Assembly (NCBI GenBank): GCA_963847975.1
Contig: CAWKBU010000018.1
Coordinates: forward strand, 386,129 to 450,128
Origin: an uncultured Acidobacteriota bacterium
GTDB taxonomy: Bacteria; Acidobacteriota; Vicinamibacteria; Vicinamibacterales; 2-12-FULL-66-21
Direction of reading: 5' to 3'
DNA length: 64,000 bases
In this document: positions 36,754-46,397 of the stretch, one piece after another
Position numbering within the stretch: the stretch's first letter is position 1
Layout: each line of letters starts with the position of its first letter
Program-made: the position numbers and the translations under genes
The notes under the pieces: generated by a model
Seen by the model: the letters and a program-made list of their open reading frames with translations, nothing else
Database searches by the model: none
What the model was told of the DNA's origin: nothing

Positions 36754-37875
36754 TGCAGCGCCTGCGCTGTCTCGTGCGCAAGGAGTTCATCGAGCTGCGG
36801 ATGAACCCGCGACTGCTTCGCCTCGTGATCATCGCGCCGATCCTGCAGCTCACGATGCTCGGCTATGCCGCCACCACCGACGTCAAGAACGTGCCGCTCA
36901 TCGTTGCCGACGGCGATCGCTCGGCGGCGAGCCGCGAGCTGGTGGCGCGCTTCGAGGCCTCGCCGAACTTCACGGTCATTGGCACGGTCACGACCGTCAA
37001 CGAGATCGAGTCCGACCTCGAGCGCGGCACCGCGGCGCTCGCGCTGTCGATTCCGGCTGGCTACGGCGCGAATGTGCGGGCGGGCCGGCCGGTCAGCGTG
37101 CAGGTGGTGGCGGATGGCACCGACTCGAATTCGACCACGGTCGCCCTCGGCTATGCGACCAGCCTGATCGGGGGATACGCCCAGGAGCTCGCGGCCAGTG
37201 GTGCCGAGTCGGCAGCGGGCAGTTCCGGGCGGGATCGACGCCCGCATTCGCGTGTGGTTCAACCCGCAGCTCGAGAGCCGCCACTTCATGATCCCGGGCG
37301 TGCTGGCGCTCATCCTCCTCATCGTCACTGCCAATCTCGCGGCCATGGCGATCGTGCGCGAGAAGGAGCTCGGTACGCTCGAGCAACTCAACGTGACTCC
37401 GCTCCGGCGCTGGGAGCTCATCGTCGGCAAGCTGCTGCCATATGGGCTCATCGCGCTCATCGATGTCGTGCTCGTGGTGGCAGTCGCCGTGCTGTGGTTC
37501 GAGGTGCCGTTGCGCGGCAGCTTCGCGCTGCTCTTCGCCATAAGCCTGATCTACGTGCTCTCCACGCTGGCGCTCGGCCTCTTCATCTCGACGATCTCCG
37601 ACACCCAGCAGCAGGCGATGATGACCGCCACGTTCTTTTTCCTGACGCCGATGATCTACCTCTCGGGGTTCATCTTTCCGATCGAGAACATGCCGGCGGT
37701 GATCCAGCCGTTCACTTACTTGATTCCGCTGCGCTATTTCCTGGTGATCGTCCGGGGCATCTTCCTCAAGGGAATCGGACTGGACTTGCTGTGGCCGCAG
37801 GTGGCGGCGCTCGCGGCCTGGGGCGTGGGGATGCTGGCGCTCGCCGTCGCGCGGAGCCGCAAGATTGCCCGCTGA
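36753..37875 (+). pseudogene. ABC-2 type permease (second YbhS/YbhR-like), one apparent frameshift
   Basis: ORF 36753- is coherent to ...GYAQELAASGAESAAG and then becomes Arg-rich nonsense. ORF 37198-37875 carries ...VPGGIDARIRVWFNPQLESRHFMIPG...IVREKELGTLEQL..., parallel to the upstream paralogue. The join is near 37220. Confidence 0.75.
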
Positions 37876-37937
37876 CGGCGGCGCGAGACGCTCGCTGGCG
37901 CATTGCGTTCGCGGGGCGGACCCGCTAGCATCAAGCC

Positions 37938-38957
37938 TTGCCCACTTCATCCGTTTGCCGGGGACGCCGCTGCCTGCCCCTGCCGGTCATGTTTCTGATC
38001 GTTGCCTGCGGTGGCGGCGGATCCTCACCAACGCCGCCGTCGACGCCTGTCACGCCCACGCCGCCGGCGTCGACGACCTGGTCAGCGGCCGGACAACTCG
38101 TGGACACGGTGACGAGTCAGGCCGTGGCTGGAGCCCGGATCGCGCCGGCCTGGGATCTGGCGGCGATTACGACCGGAGGCGACGGCTCGTTCTCGCTATC
38201 ATCCTCGGTCAACCCGCCGACCAATCCCTATCGGCTGGCGATTTCCGGCGACGACATCGTCAGCCGCGAGGCGTGGGTGGGGTGGCAGAACGGGGCCCGT
38301 ACCGGCGTGACGATTGACGCGATTCGCAACCGGGCGCCCTTCTCGCTCGACTTCTACCGCCAGTTCGTGCGTGGGACCTACGATCAGCCGGGCGCGCCCT
38401 ATGCGGTGCTGCGCTGGATGGAGGCGCCCCGTTTCTATGTCAAGACCGTCGATCAGAGCGGCCGGCCGATCGAGCCGGAAGTGATGACGGTCGTGCTCGA
38501 CGCACTGCGGCGCGCGGTGATCGAGTACTCCGGTGGCCGGCTGTCGATCTCGGTGCTCGAGACCGGTACCGAAAGTCGCGCGCCACTGGTCGGCTGGATC
38601 AACGTGGATATCCGGCGGGATCCGAACGAGCGACAGACGTGCGGCTTCGCGAACATCGGCGCCAATCCGGGCTCGATCACGCTCAACAACGACATCTGCT
38701 CGTGCGGCAGCAACAAGATCCCCGGTGCGCTCGTGATGCACGAGGTCGGCCACGCCCTCGGCTATTTCCACGTCCCGGATCGCAATAGCGTGATGTACCC
38801 GTTCATCCCCGGCAACTGTCCGTCCGGGCAGCTCTCCGCGGCAGAGAAGTTCCACGCCGCCATCGCCTACTCGCGGCCGCGCGGCAACCTCGATCCCGAC
38901 AACGATCCGTCCTCGCGACAGTACATCACGGCGCCTGCGATCTGGACCGATCGCTAG
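37938..38957 (+). CDS. lipoprotein with metzincin-type zinc metalloprotease motif
   Basis: 339 aa with lipobox FLIVAC-GGGG, HEVGHALGYFH (HExxHxxGxxH), then ...NSVMY (Met-turn). Confidence 0.75.
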   Translation: MPTSSVCRGRRCLPLPVMFLIVACGGGGSSPTPPSTPVTPTPPASTTWSAAGQLVDTVTSQAVAGARIAPAWDLAAITTGGDGSFSLSSSVNPPTNPYRLAISGDDIVSREAWVGWQNGARTGVTIDAIRNRAPFSLDFYRQFVRGTYDQPGAPYAVLRWMEAPRFYVKTVDQSGRPIEPEVMTVVLDALRRAVIEYSGGRLSISVLETGTESRAPLVGWINVDIRRDPNERQTCGFANIGANPGSITLNNDICSCGSNKIPGALVMHEVGHALGYFHVPDRNSVMYPFIPGNCPSGQLSAAEKFHAAIAYSRPRGNLDPDNDPSSRQYITAPAIWTDR

Positions 38958-38994
38958 GAGTCGGCGCACTCGTCGATCCCGCGTGGAGAATCGG

Positions 38995-39063
38995 GTGTGA
39001 CCCTACTGCTGAGCTCGGGACACTCAACCGTGACTGTCCCGATTGAGTGTCCCCGAGCTCAGC
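38995..39063. repeat. 70-nt palindromic (REP-like) element, copy 1, between convergent genes
   Basis: gtgtgaccctactgctgagctcgggacactcaaccgtgactgtcccgattgagtgtccccgagctcagc. Matches 44242-44311 at 67/70. About 21-bp arms with a 15-nt loop. Confidence 0.9.
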
Positions 39064-39079
39064 GTTCGGCGCCCTGCGG

Positions 39080-41518
39080 TCATTCCGTGCGGAGCGCGAC
39101 GATGGGATCGACGCTCAGGGCGCGGCGGGCGGGCACATACGATGCTGCCAGCGCGGCCGCGATGAGCAGCATCGTCGAGACGCCGATGGCGCGCAGGTCG
39201 GTCGGCTCGACGCCAAAGATCATCCCTGAGAGCACGTACGTCAACAGGTACGCGGGAACGAGGCCGGCGAGGATGCCCCCGGCGGCGAGGCGGGCGGCGT
39301 CGCCGAGGATCATCCGCAGGATCCCGCGCCGCCCGGCGCCGAGCGCGACGCGCACGCCGATTTCGCGCGTCCGCCTGCTGACCGCGTATGCCGTGACGCC
39401 GTAGAGGCCGCACGCGGCCAGGCCGAGCGCGAGCGCCCCGGCCACGCCCAGCATCCGCGACAGCCCGCGCTCGCCATCCATGCGGCCGGCCATGTTCTGC
39501 GCCATCGTGCGCGGCGCGAACACCGCGAGCGAGGCGTCGAGCGCGTGGATTTCCTGCTCGATCGCCCGGAGTGCGGCGCCGGGCTCGAGCCCGGTCCACG
39601 CGATGATCGACAGTTCACCCGCGCTGGCGCGACGCGGCAGATATGCGGCCGGTTGCGGGGCTTCGCCGAACTCGTCTACGAGCGCGTTCGCCGCGATGCC
39701 GACGATCTCGAGCGGCGGGCTCGTGGGCGAGCCGAGGATCACGCGGGTGCCGATCGCGTCGCCATCCGGCACGAGTCGGGCGGCGAGCGCCTCGTTGACG
39801 ACCACGACTCGCGGCGGCGTCTGCTCGTCCGCGTCGGTGAGCGCGCGCCCCCGGCGCAGCGGTAGCTGCAGCGTTTCGAAGAAACCCGTTCCGATCGCGT
39901 TGATGGCAGTAAACGGCGGCCGGGCGTCTGCATCGACGGGCCGCCCGGGCAGGTAGTAGCTGGTGAGCTCGACCCAGCCGCCAGCGGGGATGTACTGCGC
40001 CACGGTGGCTTCCCGTACGCCGGGAAGGGATCTGATGCGGGTCAGCAGCTCGCGCTCGAAGGCGAGCGCACGGGCGGAGGAGTAGCGCTGCATCTTCAGA
40101 TCCAGCGATACCGTGACGCGTCCCTCGATGTCGAAGCCGGGTGACGTACGGCCGGCGGCCGCAACGCTCCTGACGAAGGTGCCGGTGGCGACGAGCAGCA
40201 CGAGCGAGAGCGCCAACTGTCCGGCGACGAGCCACTGCTGCACTCGTGCCGTTCCCGGCGCGTTCGCCCCACTGCTCGCGCCCGGCTCGCCGCGCAGCGA
40301 GCGGCCGGGGGCCACCTTCGATATGCGGATCGCGGGGAGGAGGCCGAACGCGATCGCCGTCAGCGAGGAAACAGCCGCGGCGAACAGGATGACGCGGCCG
40401 TCGGGCGTGAAGTCCGCGGCCATCCGGTCGGCGTTGGCGAAACGGAGAAGGAGCTCGGGAGACCACAGCGACAGCAACAGGCTGCCGACACCGCCGAGCA
40501 AGGCGAGCAGCAGACTCTCGGCGAGGAGCTGGCGCAAGAGCTGCCAGCGGCCGGCGCCGAGCGCGGTTCTGATCGCCATCTCCCGCTGCCGGCCGACTCC
40601 CCGGGCCATCAACAGGCTCGCGACGTTCGCGCAGGCGATGAGGAGCACCGCCAGCGGAACGGCCGGAAGGAACGCCAGCGCGCCGAGCTCGCTGCGATCC
40701 TCGGGATTCGTGCCGCGAAACTCGTAGAGCGCGACGCCGACGTTCTTGTGCGACTCCGGATGCGCCTGGGCGATGGCCGCGGCCACACCGCTCAGGACCG
40801 CCTGCGCTTGCCCGCGATCCACGCCCTCGGCCAGCCTCCCGATCCCAGCCAACCACCACGTGCCGCGCTCGAGTGGGCTTCCTAGCCCGGTCATCACTTG
40901 GTTGGCCATGGAGAGGGGAACCCAGAGGTCGACTGGCCTCAGGGCGTCGACGCCAGCGAAGCGGGGCGGTGTCACGCCTACGACCGTGACGCGCTGTCCG
41001 TTGAGCTCGATCGTCTTGCCGACCGCATCGGTCGCCGTGCCAAAGAGGCGGCGAGCGGTCGTGTCGCTCAGCACGGTCACGGCTCGGTCGGCCGCGGGCG
41101 TCTCGTCGGCGGGTCCGAGCGTGCGGCCAGCGCCGGCAGCGACGCCGAGGACGTCGAAGTAGTTGCCGGTGGTGACTTGGCCGGTCAGCCGGAGCGATTG
41201 ACCGCCGGCGCGAACCGCGACGCGCGCGTCGGCCATTCCGGCAACGTCACGGACTGCGGTCCGGGCGTCTCCGAAGTCGATGAGATCGGGATAGGGGAGG
41301 ACGCGGTAACGATTGCCGTCGGTCGAAGTGCCAGCGATCCACACGAGCTCGGTCGCATGCTGAACCGGGACCGGCTTGAAGAGCACGACATTGAGAATCG
41401 AAAACACGGTCACGTTCAGGCCGATGCCGAGGGCGAGCGTCGTGACCGCCACGATCGAGAACGTCGGGGCCGCAAGCAGGACACGAATCGCGTAGCGAAT
41501 GTCGGTTGCGGTGATCAT
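39080..41518 (-). CDS. ADOP-family duplicated FtsX/MacB-type ABC permease
   Basis: 812 aa with two MacB_PCD + FtsX halves, N-terminal ...IRYAIRVLLAAPTFSIVAVTTLALGIG, and a C-terminal ...ARRALSVDPIVALRTE signature. Confidence 0.9.
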   Translation of the reverse strand: MITATDIRYAIRVLLAAPTFSIVAVTTLALGIGLNVTVFSILNVVLFKPVPVQHATELVWIAGTSTDGNRYRVLPYPDLIDFGDARTAVRDVAGMADARVAVRAGGQSLRLTGQVTTGNYFDVLGVAAGAGRTLGPADETPAADRAVTVLSDTTARRLFGTATDAVGKTIELNGQRVTVVGVTPPRFAGVDALRPVDLWVPLSMANQVMTGLGSPLERGTWWLAGIGRLAEGVDRGQAQAVLSGVAAAIAQAHPESHKNVGVALYEFRGTNPEDRSELGALAFLPAVPLAVLLIACANVASLLMARGVGRQREMAIRTALGAGRWQLLRQLLAESLLLALLGGVGSLLLSLWSPELLLRFANADRMAADFTPDGRVILFAAAVSSLTAIAFGLLPAIRISKVAPGRSLRGEPGASSGANAPGTARVQQWLVAGQLALSLVLLVATGTFVRSVAAAGRTSPGFDIEGRVTVSLDLKMQRYSSARALAFERELLTRIRSLPGVREATVAQYIPAGGWVELTSYYLPGRPVDADARPPFTAINAIGTGFFETLQLPLRRGRALTDADEQTPPRVVVVNEALAARLVPDGDAIGTRVILGSPTSPPLEIVGIAANALVDEFGEAPQPAAYLPRRASAGELSIIAWTGLEPGAALRAIEQEIHALDASLAVFAPRTMAQNMAGRMDGERGLSRMLGVAGALALGLAACGLYGVTAYAVSRRTREIGVRVALGAGRRGILRMILGDAARLAAGGILAGLVPAYLLTYVLSGMIFGVEPTDLRAIGVSTMLLIAAALAASYVPARRALSVDPIVALRTE

Positions 41519-41747
41519 TCGGTCATCTCTCTAGGCTCGCACTCCAAGCCTCTGACGTGGTCACGTGCGTCCGGTGTGGTCGCGTCTCTGGTCCATCAAT
41601 CGAGCTGCCAGTCTGTCGTCGATCGCGTAATGTCCAGATGCGCAAGAGCTTATCGCCGACGCGAGCGACGCAGTGGGAAATGGAAATGTCCGGCTGTGGG
41701 AAGGCGACGTCCCACGAGCGCCCGCTCTGTCGGGTAGACTGACGATC

Positions 41748-42461
41748 GTGAGCGACCCTTCTTCGCCTCGTGTGTCCGTGGGAACGTCCGGCTACAACTA
41801 CCCCGAGTGGCGGGGAACGTTCTATCCCGAGAAGTTCAGCACCGACAAGATGCTCGCGTATTACGCCGAGCGCTTTCCGACCGTCGAGATCAACTACACC
41901 TTCTATCGTCTGCCGACCGAGAAACTCCTGGCCGGCTGGGCTGCCGGAACGCCCGAGCACTTCAGTTTCACCCTGAAGGCCCCGCGGCGGATCACCCACG
42001 ACGCGAAGCTGCAACGCTGCGAGGACATCACGCAGACGTTCTGCCGGACCGCGCAGACGCTCGGTTCGAAGCTCGCCGTGCTGCTCTTCCAGCTTCCGCC
42101 GACGCTCAAGAAGGATGTCGACACGCTGCGGAACTTCACCGACGTGCTGCCGGAAGGCACGCGGGCGGCGTTCGAGTTCCGGCACCCCTCGTGGTTCGAT
42201 GGGGAGGTGTTCGACGCGCTGCGGGCGCGCAACCTCGCGCTCTGCGTCGCCGACAGCGAGAAGCTCAGCGCCCCGGTCGAGATCACCGCCGACTACGCCT
42301 ACTTCAGGCTGCGCGACGAGGGTTACCAGCAGGCCGACATCGAGCGCTGGGCGGGAGTCGTGAAGGGACTAGCGCCTTTGAACAGCGCCTACGTCTACTT
42401 CAAGCACGAAGAGCAGGGGCTGGGGCCGGAGTTTGCGAAGCGGCTGATGGCGCTGCTCTAG
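41748..42461 (+). CDS. DUF72-family protein
   Basis: ...VGTSGYNYPEWRGTFYP...YYAERFPTVEINYTFYRLP...FEFRHPSW.... Start uncertain (GTG 41748). The 3' end overlaps the convergent hydrolase gene by 62 nt. Confidence 0.8.
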   Translation: MSDPSSPRVSVGTSGYNYPEWRGTFYPEKFSTDKMLAYYAERFPTVEINYTFYRLPTEKLLAGWAAGTPEHFSFTLKAPRRITHDAKLQRCEDITQTFCRTAQTLGSKLAVLLFQLPPTLKKDVDTLRNFTDVLPEGTRAAFEFRHPSWFDGEVFDALRARNLALCVADSEKLSAPVEITADYAYFRLRDEGYQQADIERWAGVVKGLAPLNSAYVYFKHEEQGLGPEFAKRLMALL

Positions 42462-43452
42462 CGCCGGTGTGCGCGATCGCGAAGGCCAGGATTTCGTGCT
42501 CGGCCCAATAGCCATCGTAGGGCTCGGCATCGTCCGCGCCCGCGCGGGCGTCGGTCACGAATGCGCAGTGGCCGCCGTGGCTGGTGATGGTGACGTGGAG
42601 CCGCGGGTTTCGAGCCACGCTCGCCTCGCGGAACGGTGCCGTCGGCACGAAGGGATCGTCCTCGGCGGTGATGATCCGGGCCGGCACGCGCACGCGGTCG
42701 ATGACTCGCATGGCGCTCGCGCGGTGATAGTAATCCGACGCGCTCTTGAAGCCGAAGTGCGGCGCCGTGTAGACCTCGTCGAATTCGCGCACGCTGCGGA
42801 TGGCGTCGAGGCGATCGAGGGCGAAGCGGTCGGGAAACCACGCCGCTTTGCGCCGCATCCGGCCTTTCAGTCCGCGCACGAAGTTCCACTGATAGAAGAA
42901 ATTCTGCCGCCGCTCGAGCGCCCGCACGCACGCCTCGAGCTCCATCACCGGTGAGATGGCGCAGACGCCGCGCAGTTGCGGCAGCGGTGTGTCGCCGTAA
43001 TCGCCGGCGAGCTTCAGCGCCAGGTTACCGCCGAGTGAGTAGCCCGCGACGACGACCTGCTGCACGTGGTCGACGGCCGCCATCTCGCGAATCACGTGGT
43101 CGGCGTCGGCCGTCAAGCCCGAGTGATAGAGCCCGGCCGACAGCCGCTCGGTTCCACCGCAGTTGCGCTGGTTCAGCAGCACCACGTTGAAGCCCGCCGC
43201 GTAGCCCTTGTCCGCCAGGCCCCGCATGTAGTGCGCCTGGCTCGACCCCTCGAGCCCGTGAAGCACCAGGAGCGCCGGATGCTGCGCGCGGTCAGCCTGC
43301 CAGTGGCAATGGGCGAGAACCCTGGTGTCGGGCGCGATGTCGAAGAACCGCTCCTCGGGCACCGGTAACCGCGGAAACGTCCGCGGCTTGCCCCACGCGT
43401 AGATGGTCATCACGTGGCCATTGCTGAGGCCGCGTCTAGGTGTGTACATCAA
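42400..43452 (-). CDS. alpha/beta-fold hydrolase (YheT-like)
   Basis: 350 aa: ...LLVLHGLEGSS...VVAGYSLGGNL (GxSxG).... The Ala/Pro-rich C-terminal tail may be non-native. Confidence 0.8.
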   Translation of the reverse strand: MMYTPRRGLSNGHVMTIYAWGKPRTFPRLPVPEERFFDIAPDTRVLAHCHWQADRAQHPALLVLHGLEGSSQAHYMRGLADKGYAAGFNVVLLNQRNCGGTERLSAGLYHSGLTADADHVIREMAAVDHVQQVVVAGYSLGGNLALKLAGDYGDTPLPQLRGVCAISPVMELEACVRALERRQNFFYQWNFVRGLKGRMRRKAAWFPDRFALDRLDAIRSVREFDEVYTAPHFGFKSASDYYHRASAMRVIDRVRVPARIITAEDDPFVPTAPFREASVARNPRLHVTITSHGGHCAFVTDARAGADDAEPYDGYWAEHEILAFAIAHTGARAAPSAASQTPAPAPALRA

Positions 43453-43614
43453 GGCTGATGGCCGGCCCTTCGAGAGAGGAGGGTTACCCGAAGCGCCGGT
43501 GAATGCTCGGATTGAATGCCGAACTGGGAAATGCTGCCCACCCTCTTAACGAAGTGTACCGCACAGACCGATAGGCGCAGAGAGGGCGAGAGCAGAGGAC
43601 AAAGGACAAGACAG

Positions 43615-44247
43615 ATGTGCACGCAATTACACGAACGGCTGAGGCTGGCGCGGGAGCGGAAGGGGATGTCTCTCGCGACGATCGGGCGTCAATTCGGGGT
43701 TCGCGAGCAGAACCTGCTCCTCATCGAGCAGGACAAGCTCGAGGAGCTTCCCACCGGTCTCTACGGGCGCGCCGCTGTTCGTGCCTATGCGAGCGCCGTC
43801 GGCCTTCCCGCTGACGAGGCGCTGGCCGAAGTCATCGAGCGGCTGCGCACGCCGGAGGATCCCCTGGATGGGCTGGCACGCGTGCGAGGCCTGGCGCGTC
43901 AGCCGGAGCGCACGTTCAAGGAAATCCTCCATGTTCCAACGGCCGAGGTCTCGCTGAGCTCCTCGACGCGCGCCCACGTCGCCAACGCCGTCGACGGCCT
44001 GGTGTTGCTCGCCCTCGACTTCCTGCTACTGGAGCTGACGGCGGCGGTCGCGGGCGTGCGGGCGACTGACGTGTTGCGCGTCGCCGCCCCCTCGATGCTG
44101 GGGCTCTTCGCCCTCATCGCCGCGCTCTATTTCGTGCTTCTCGGCGGCTTGGCGCAGGCGACCGTCGGCTCGAAGATCGCCCACACTTCGGTCGACCCCG
44201 CGATGGTCGAAGGGGTAGTGCGGATGCTGCGCTTGCGCCGAGTGTGA
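43615..44247 (+). CDS. HTH (XRE/RodZ-like) + RDD-domain membrane protein
   Basis: From ATG 43615: LHERLRLARERKGMSLATIGRQFGVREQNLLLIEQD, then TM/RDD-like ...VDGLVLLALDFLLLEL.... Confidence 0.65.
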   Translation: MCTQLHERLRLARERKGMSLATIGRQFGVREQNLLLIEQDKLEELPTGLYGRAAVRAYASAVGLPADEALAEVIERLRTPEDPLDGLARVRGLARQPERTFKEILHVPTAEVSLSSSTRAHVANAVDGLVLLALDFLLLELTAAVAGVRATDVLRVAAPSMLGLFALIAALYFVLLGGLAQATVGSKIAHTSVDPAMVEGVVRMLRLRRV

Positions 44248-44311
44248 CCCTATTGCTGAGCTCGGGGACACTCAACCGTGACTGTCCCGATTGAGTGTCC
44301 CCGAACTCAGC
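44242..44311. repeat. 70-nt palindromic (REP-like) element, copy 2, between convergent genes
   Basis: Left arm gctgagctcggggacactcaa (44255-44275), loop ccgtgactgtcccga, right arm ttgagtgtccccgaactcagc (44291-44311). Its ends overlap both flanking stop codons (TGA 44245-47; cta 44311-13). Confidence 0.9.
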
Positions 44312-45803
44312 TACTTCAGACGGTAGATTCTGACGGCGCCGGAACTGAACTCGAGCGGCAAGTCCATCGCGCGCTCGGACACGAGATAGTCGAGGTCGTA
44401 CTGCGACGACAGCTCGCGGGCGCGCTCGGGAGTCAGGGTCGTGAAGTCTCCGAGCGCCTCCACGCGTTCCCGCGTTCGAAGCGCCACGCTGCGGTCGTAC
44501 ATACCAATCGCTCCATCCTTGATCGCCTCCACGAACACGTCGCGCTCGGCGGCGACGCGGACGCTCGTGCCGTAGCGGACGGCGTGGCCGGGATCGGCCA
44601 GCCAGCCGCTGCCAGCCGGTGATCTGCGCGCCCACGCCATCGCCCGCCCCCAGTCATCGTCGTTGACCGTGACCTGCGCCATACGGCGATCGGGAAACTC
44701 CACGAACATGATGTAGGTGCCGCGAACCGTCGCCAGGACGACAATCGCCAGCGCCACCATCCGCACCCGCCGCGCGTCGGCGGTGACCCCTTCGGCCGCC
44801 GCCCAGACGACGTAGATGACGGCGAGGAAGTCGAGCATCCAGAAGATGCGCGACGGCTGCAGCTGGATGGCGAGCGCGAGCCGCGCCGCATTGAAAGGCA
44901 GGGTGGCGGCAAAGACGAGGACCAGAGACAAGCACCCGACGACCAGCGCACCCTCACGCGGGACGAGCAGTCCCGCATCGCGCCGTCGCCGGTAAATCCA
45001 GATGATGATCGGCACGTAGGCGAGGTTCACCAGCCACGCGGATGCGGGCCAGTCCAGAGGAAACAGGTAGTCCTTCGCCGCCAGCGTCTCGAGCCACACC
45101 GCGTCCATGCGTACCGAGTCGTCCGGCGAGCGGTCCCGCGACGAGCGCCCAGACGCCGGCCGCGCCTGTGGCCGCGACGCCGGCCGCGATCGGGACCCGC
45201 AGCCGAGGCTCGCTCACGAGCGTGGCCACACTCAGCCAGACGGCGAACCAGAGAGCGGTCGTCGGATGGAGCGGCTCCGGCGACAGCCACGAGCGCGCAC
45301 ATCACGCCGTAGCGGCCGCGCAGGAAGCTGACGACGGCGAGCGCGGCGATCGCGAACGACAACTGGCGCGGGTGAAAATACCCTTCGAGCGTGTTCGTGC
45401 CTGACTTGGTGATCGCATGGCGCAGCGTCAATGCCGCCATCAGCGCGACCGTCGCCCATCGTGTCCGGTAGAGAGCGCCGCCGATACGCAGCGCCGCGAG
45501 CGCCAGCAGCGACAGCGCCGTGAGTTGCAGCACGACGAACGCGGTCGAGAGTGGTGCGCCGGTCGCACGCGCCACTGGACCGAGCACCTCGTCGACGATC
45601 GTCAGCCGCGCCTGTGAGCGGATGAGCTCAGAGTCGCGCGGGTAGAGTGCAGGGTCGATTCGCTTCAGGATGGCGGGCGCGTAGAACGCCTGGTCGGACG
45701 CGCCGTAGCGGTATCCCGCCGAGTTGGCCGTGGCCAGGATGATGAACGGAAGCAGGCACGCGGCCAGAAGGCCGAGGCTGCTCGCCCGGTCAGAACGCGA
45801 CAT
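44311..45803 (-). pseudogene. polytopic membrane protein of unknown function (about 495 aa), two apparent frameshifts
   Basis: Three ORFs (45027-45803, 44954-45229, 44311-45108) concatenate sensibly: ...FLRGRYGVMCALVAVAG|EPLHPTTALWFAVWLSVATLVSEPRLRVPIAAGVAATGAAGVWALVAGPLAGRL|RMDAVWLETLAAKDYLFPLDW.... The joins are near 45278 and 45117. Confidence 0.6.
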
Positions 45804-45827
45804 CTCTCAATGCGGCCCCATTTCGCC

Positions 45828-46331
45828 TCACATGGTCTCGTCCGCCGTCGGGCCGTAGATCGGCGGGATCGGCACGTCGTTCAGGCGCAAGTACACGCTC
45901 AGTTGCCCGCGATGATGGATCGTGTGATTCATCACGAAGCTGCGGATGGCCGCGATGCGCGGCATGGTGAAGAACTCCTGGTCGCCCTTCTTCAGCGTCC
46001 AGGGCGCCAGCAGTTCCGGATCGGTCGTCCGCACGAGCAGCGCGCGCGCGGCCGCGACCTTGCGGTCGAATTCTTCGAGCAACGCGGCGCGCGACACCGG
46101 TGACTTCGGACGCGCTTCTTCGCCGAGCGTATCGAGGTCGAGGATGGACACGGTGAGCGTCGCCGAGCACCAGTAGGGGATGTTGGCCAGATGCCCGGAG
46201 AGCTGGCCGAGCGTCATCGACTTGTCGTGGGGCTTCCAGGCGAACCGTGCCTCGGGCACACGGTCGAGCAACCGCCTCGTAGTCGCCATCTCGTGGTCGA
46301 ATTCGGGGAGCAGTGCGTCGGTGATAGGCAT
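45828..46331 (-). CDS. DinB-family (four-helix bundle, metal-binding) protein
   Basis: 167 aa: ...FAWKPHDKSMTLGQLSGHL...MNHTIHHRGQLSVYLR.... Confidence 0.85.
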   Translation of the reverse strand: MPITDALLPEFDHEMATTRRLLDRVPEARFAWKPHDKSMTLGQLSGHLANIPYWCSATLTVSILDLDTLGEEARPKSPVSRAALLEEFDRKVAAARALLVRTTDPELLAPWTLKKGDQEFFTMPRIAAIRSFVMNHTIHHRGQLSVYLRLNDVPIPPIYGPTADETM

Positions 46332-46344
46332 GGCCCGAGGATAT

Positions 46345-46390
46345 CTGAAAAGGTGTGCTGCAGGGGAGCCGGGGACTCTCCCTGCAGCAC
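46345..46390 (-). terminator. intrinsic terminator after the BNR/sortilin-like gene
   Basis: Minus-strand RNA: GUGCUGCAGGGAGAG-uccccgg-CUCCCCUGCAGCAC followed by accUUUUcag. Confidence 0.65.
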
Positions 46391-46397
46391 GGCGTGG

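Noticed and set aside
38997-39404. ORFs 38997-39404 and 44278-44622, which share an N-terminal 'TVPIECPR' peptide.
   Set aside because: The shared peptide is the translation of the 70-nt palindromic repeat. Both ORFs then run antisense to well-supported genes.
41523-42185. 220-aa minus-strand ORF upstream of the ADOP permease, considered as a possible PadR-type regulator often found there.
   Set aside because: The translation is Arg/Glu/Leu-rich without an HTH and is antisense to the well-supported DUF72 gene. No PadR-like ORF is present in 41519-41747.
38995-44311. Composite mobile element bounded by the two 70-nt repeats.
   Set aside because: The 5.2 kb between them encodes an ADOP permease, DUF72, a hydrolase and an HTH-RDD protein, with no transposase, integrase or recombinase and no obvious target-site duplication. 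The repeats are each self-palindromic, which is REP-like behaviour.
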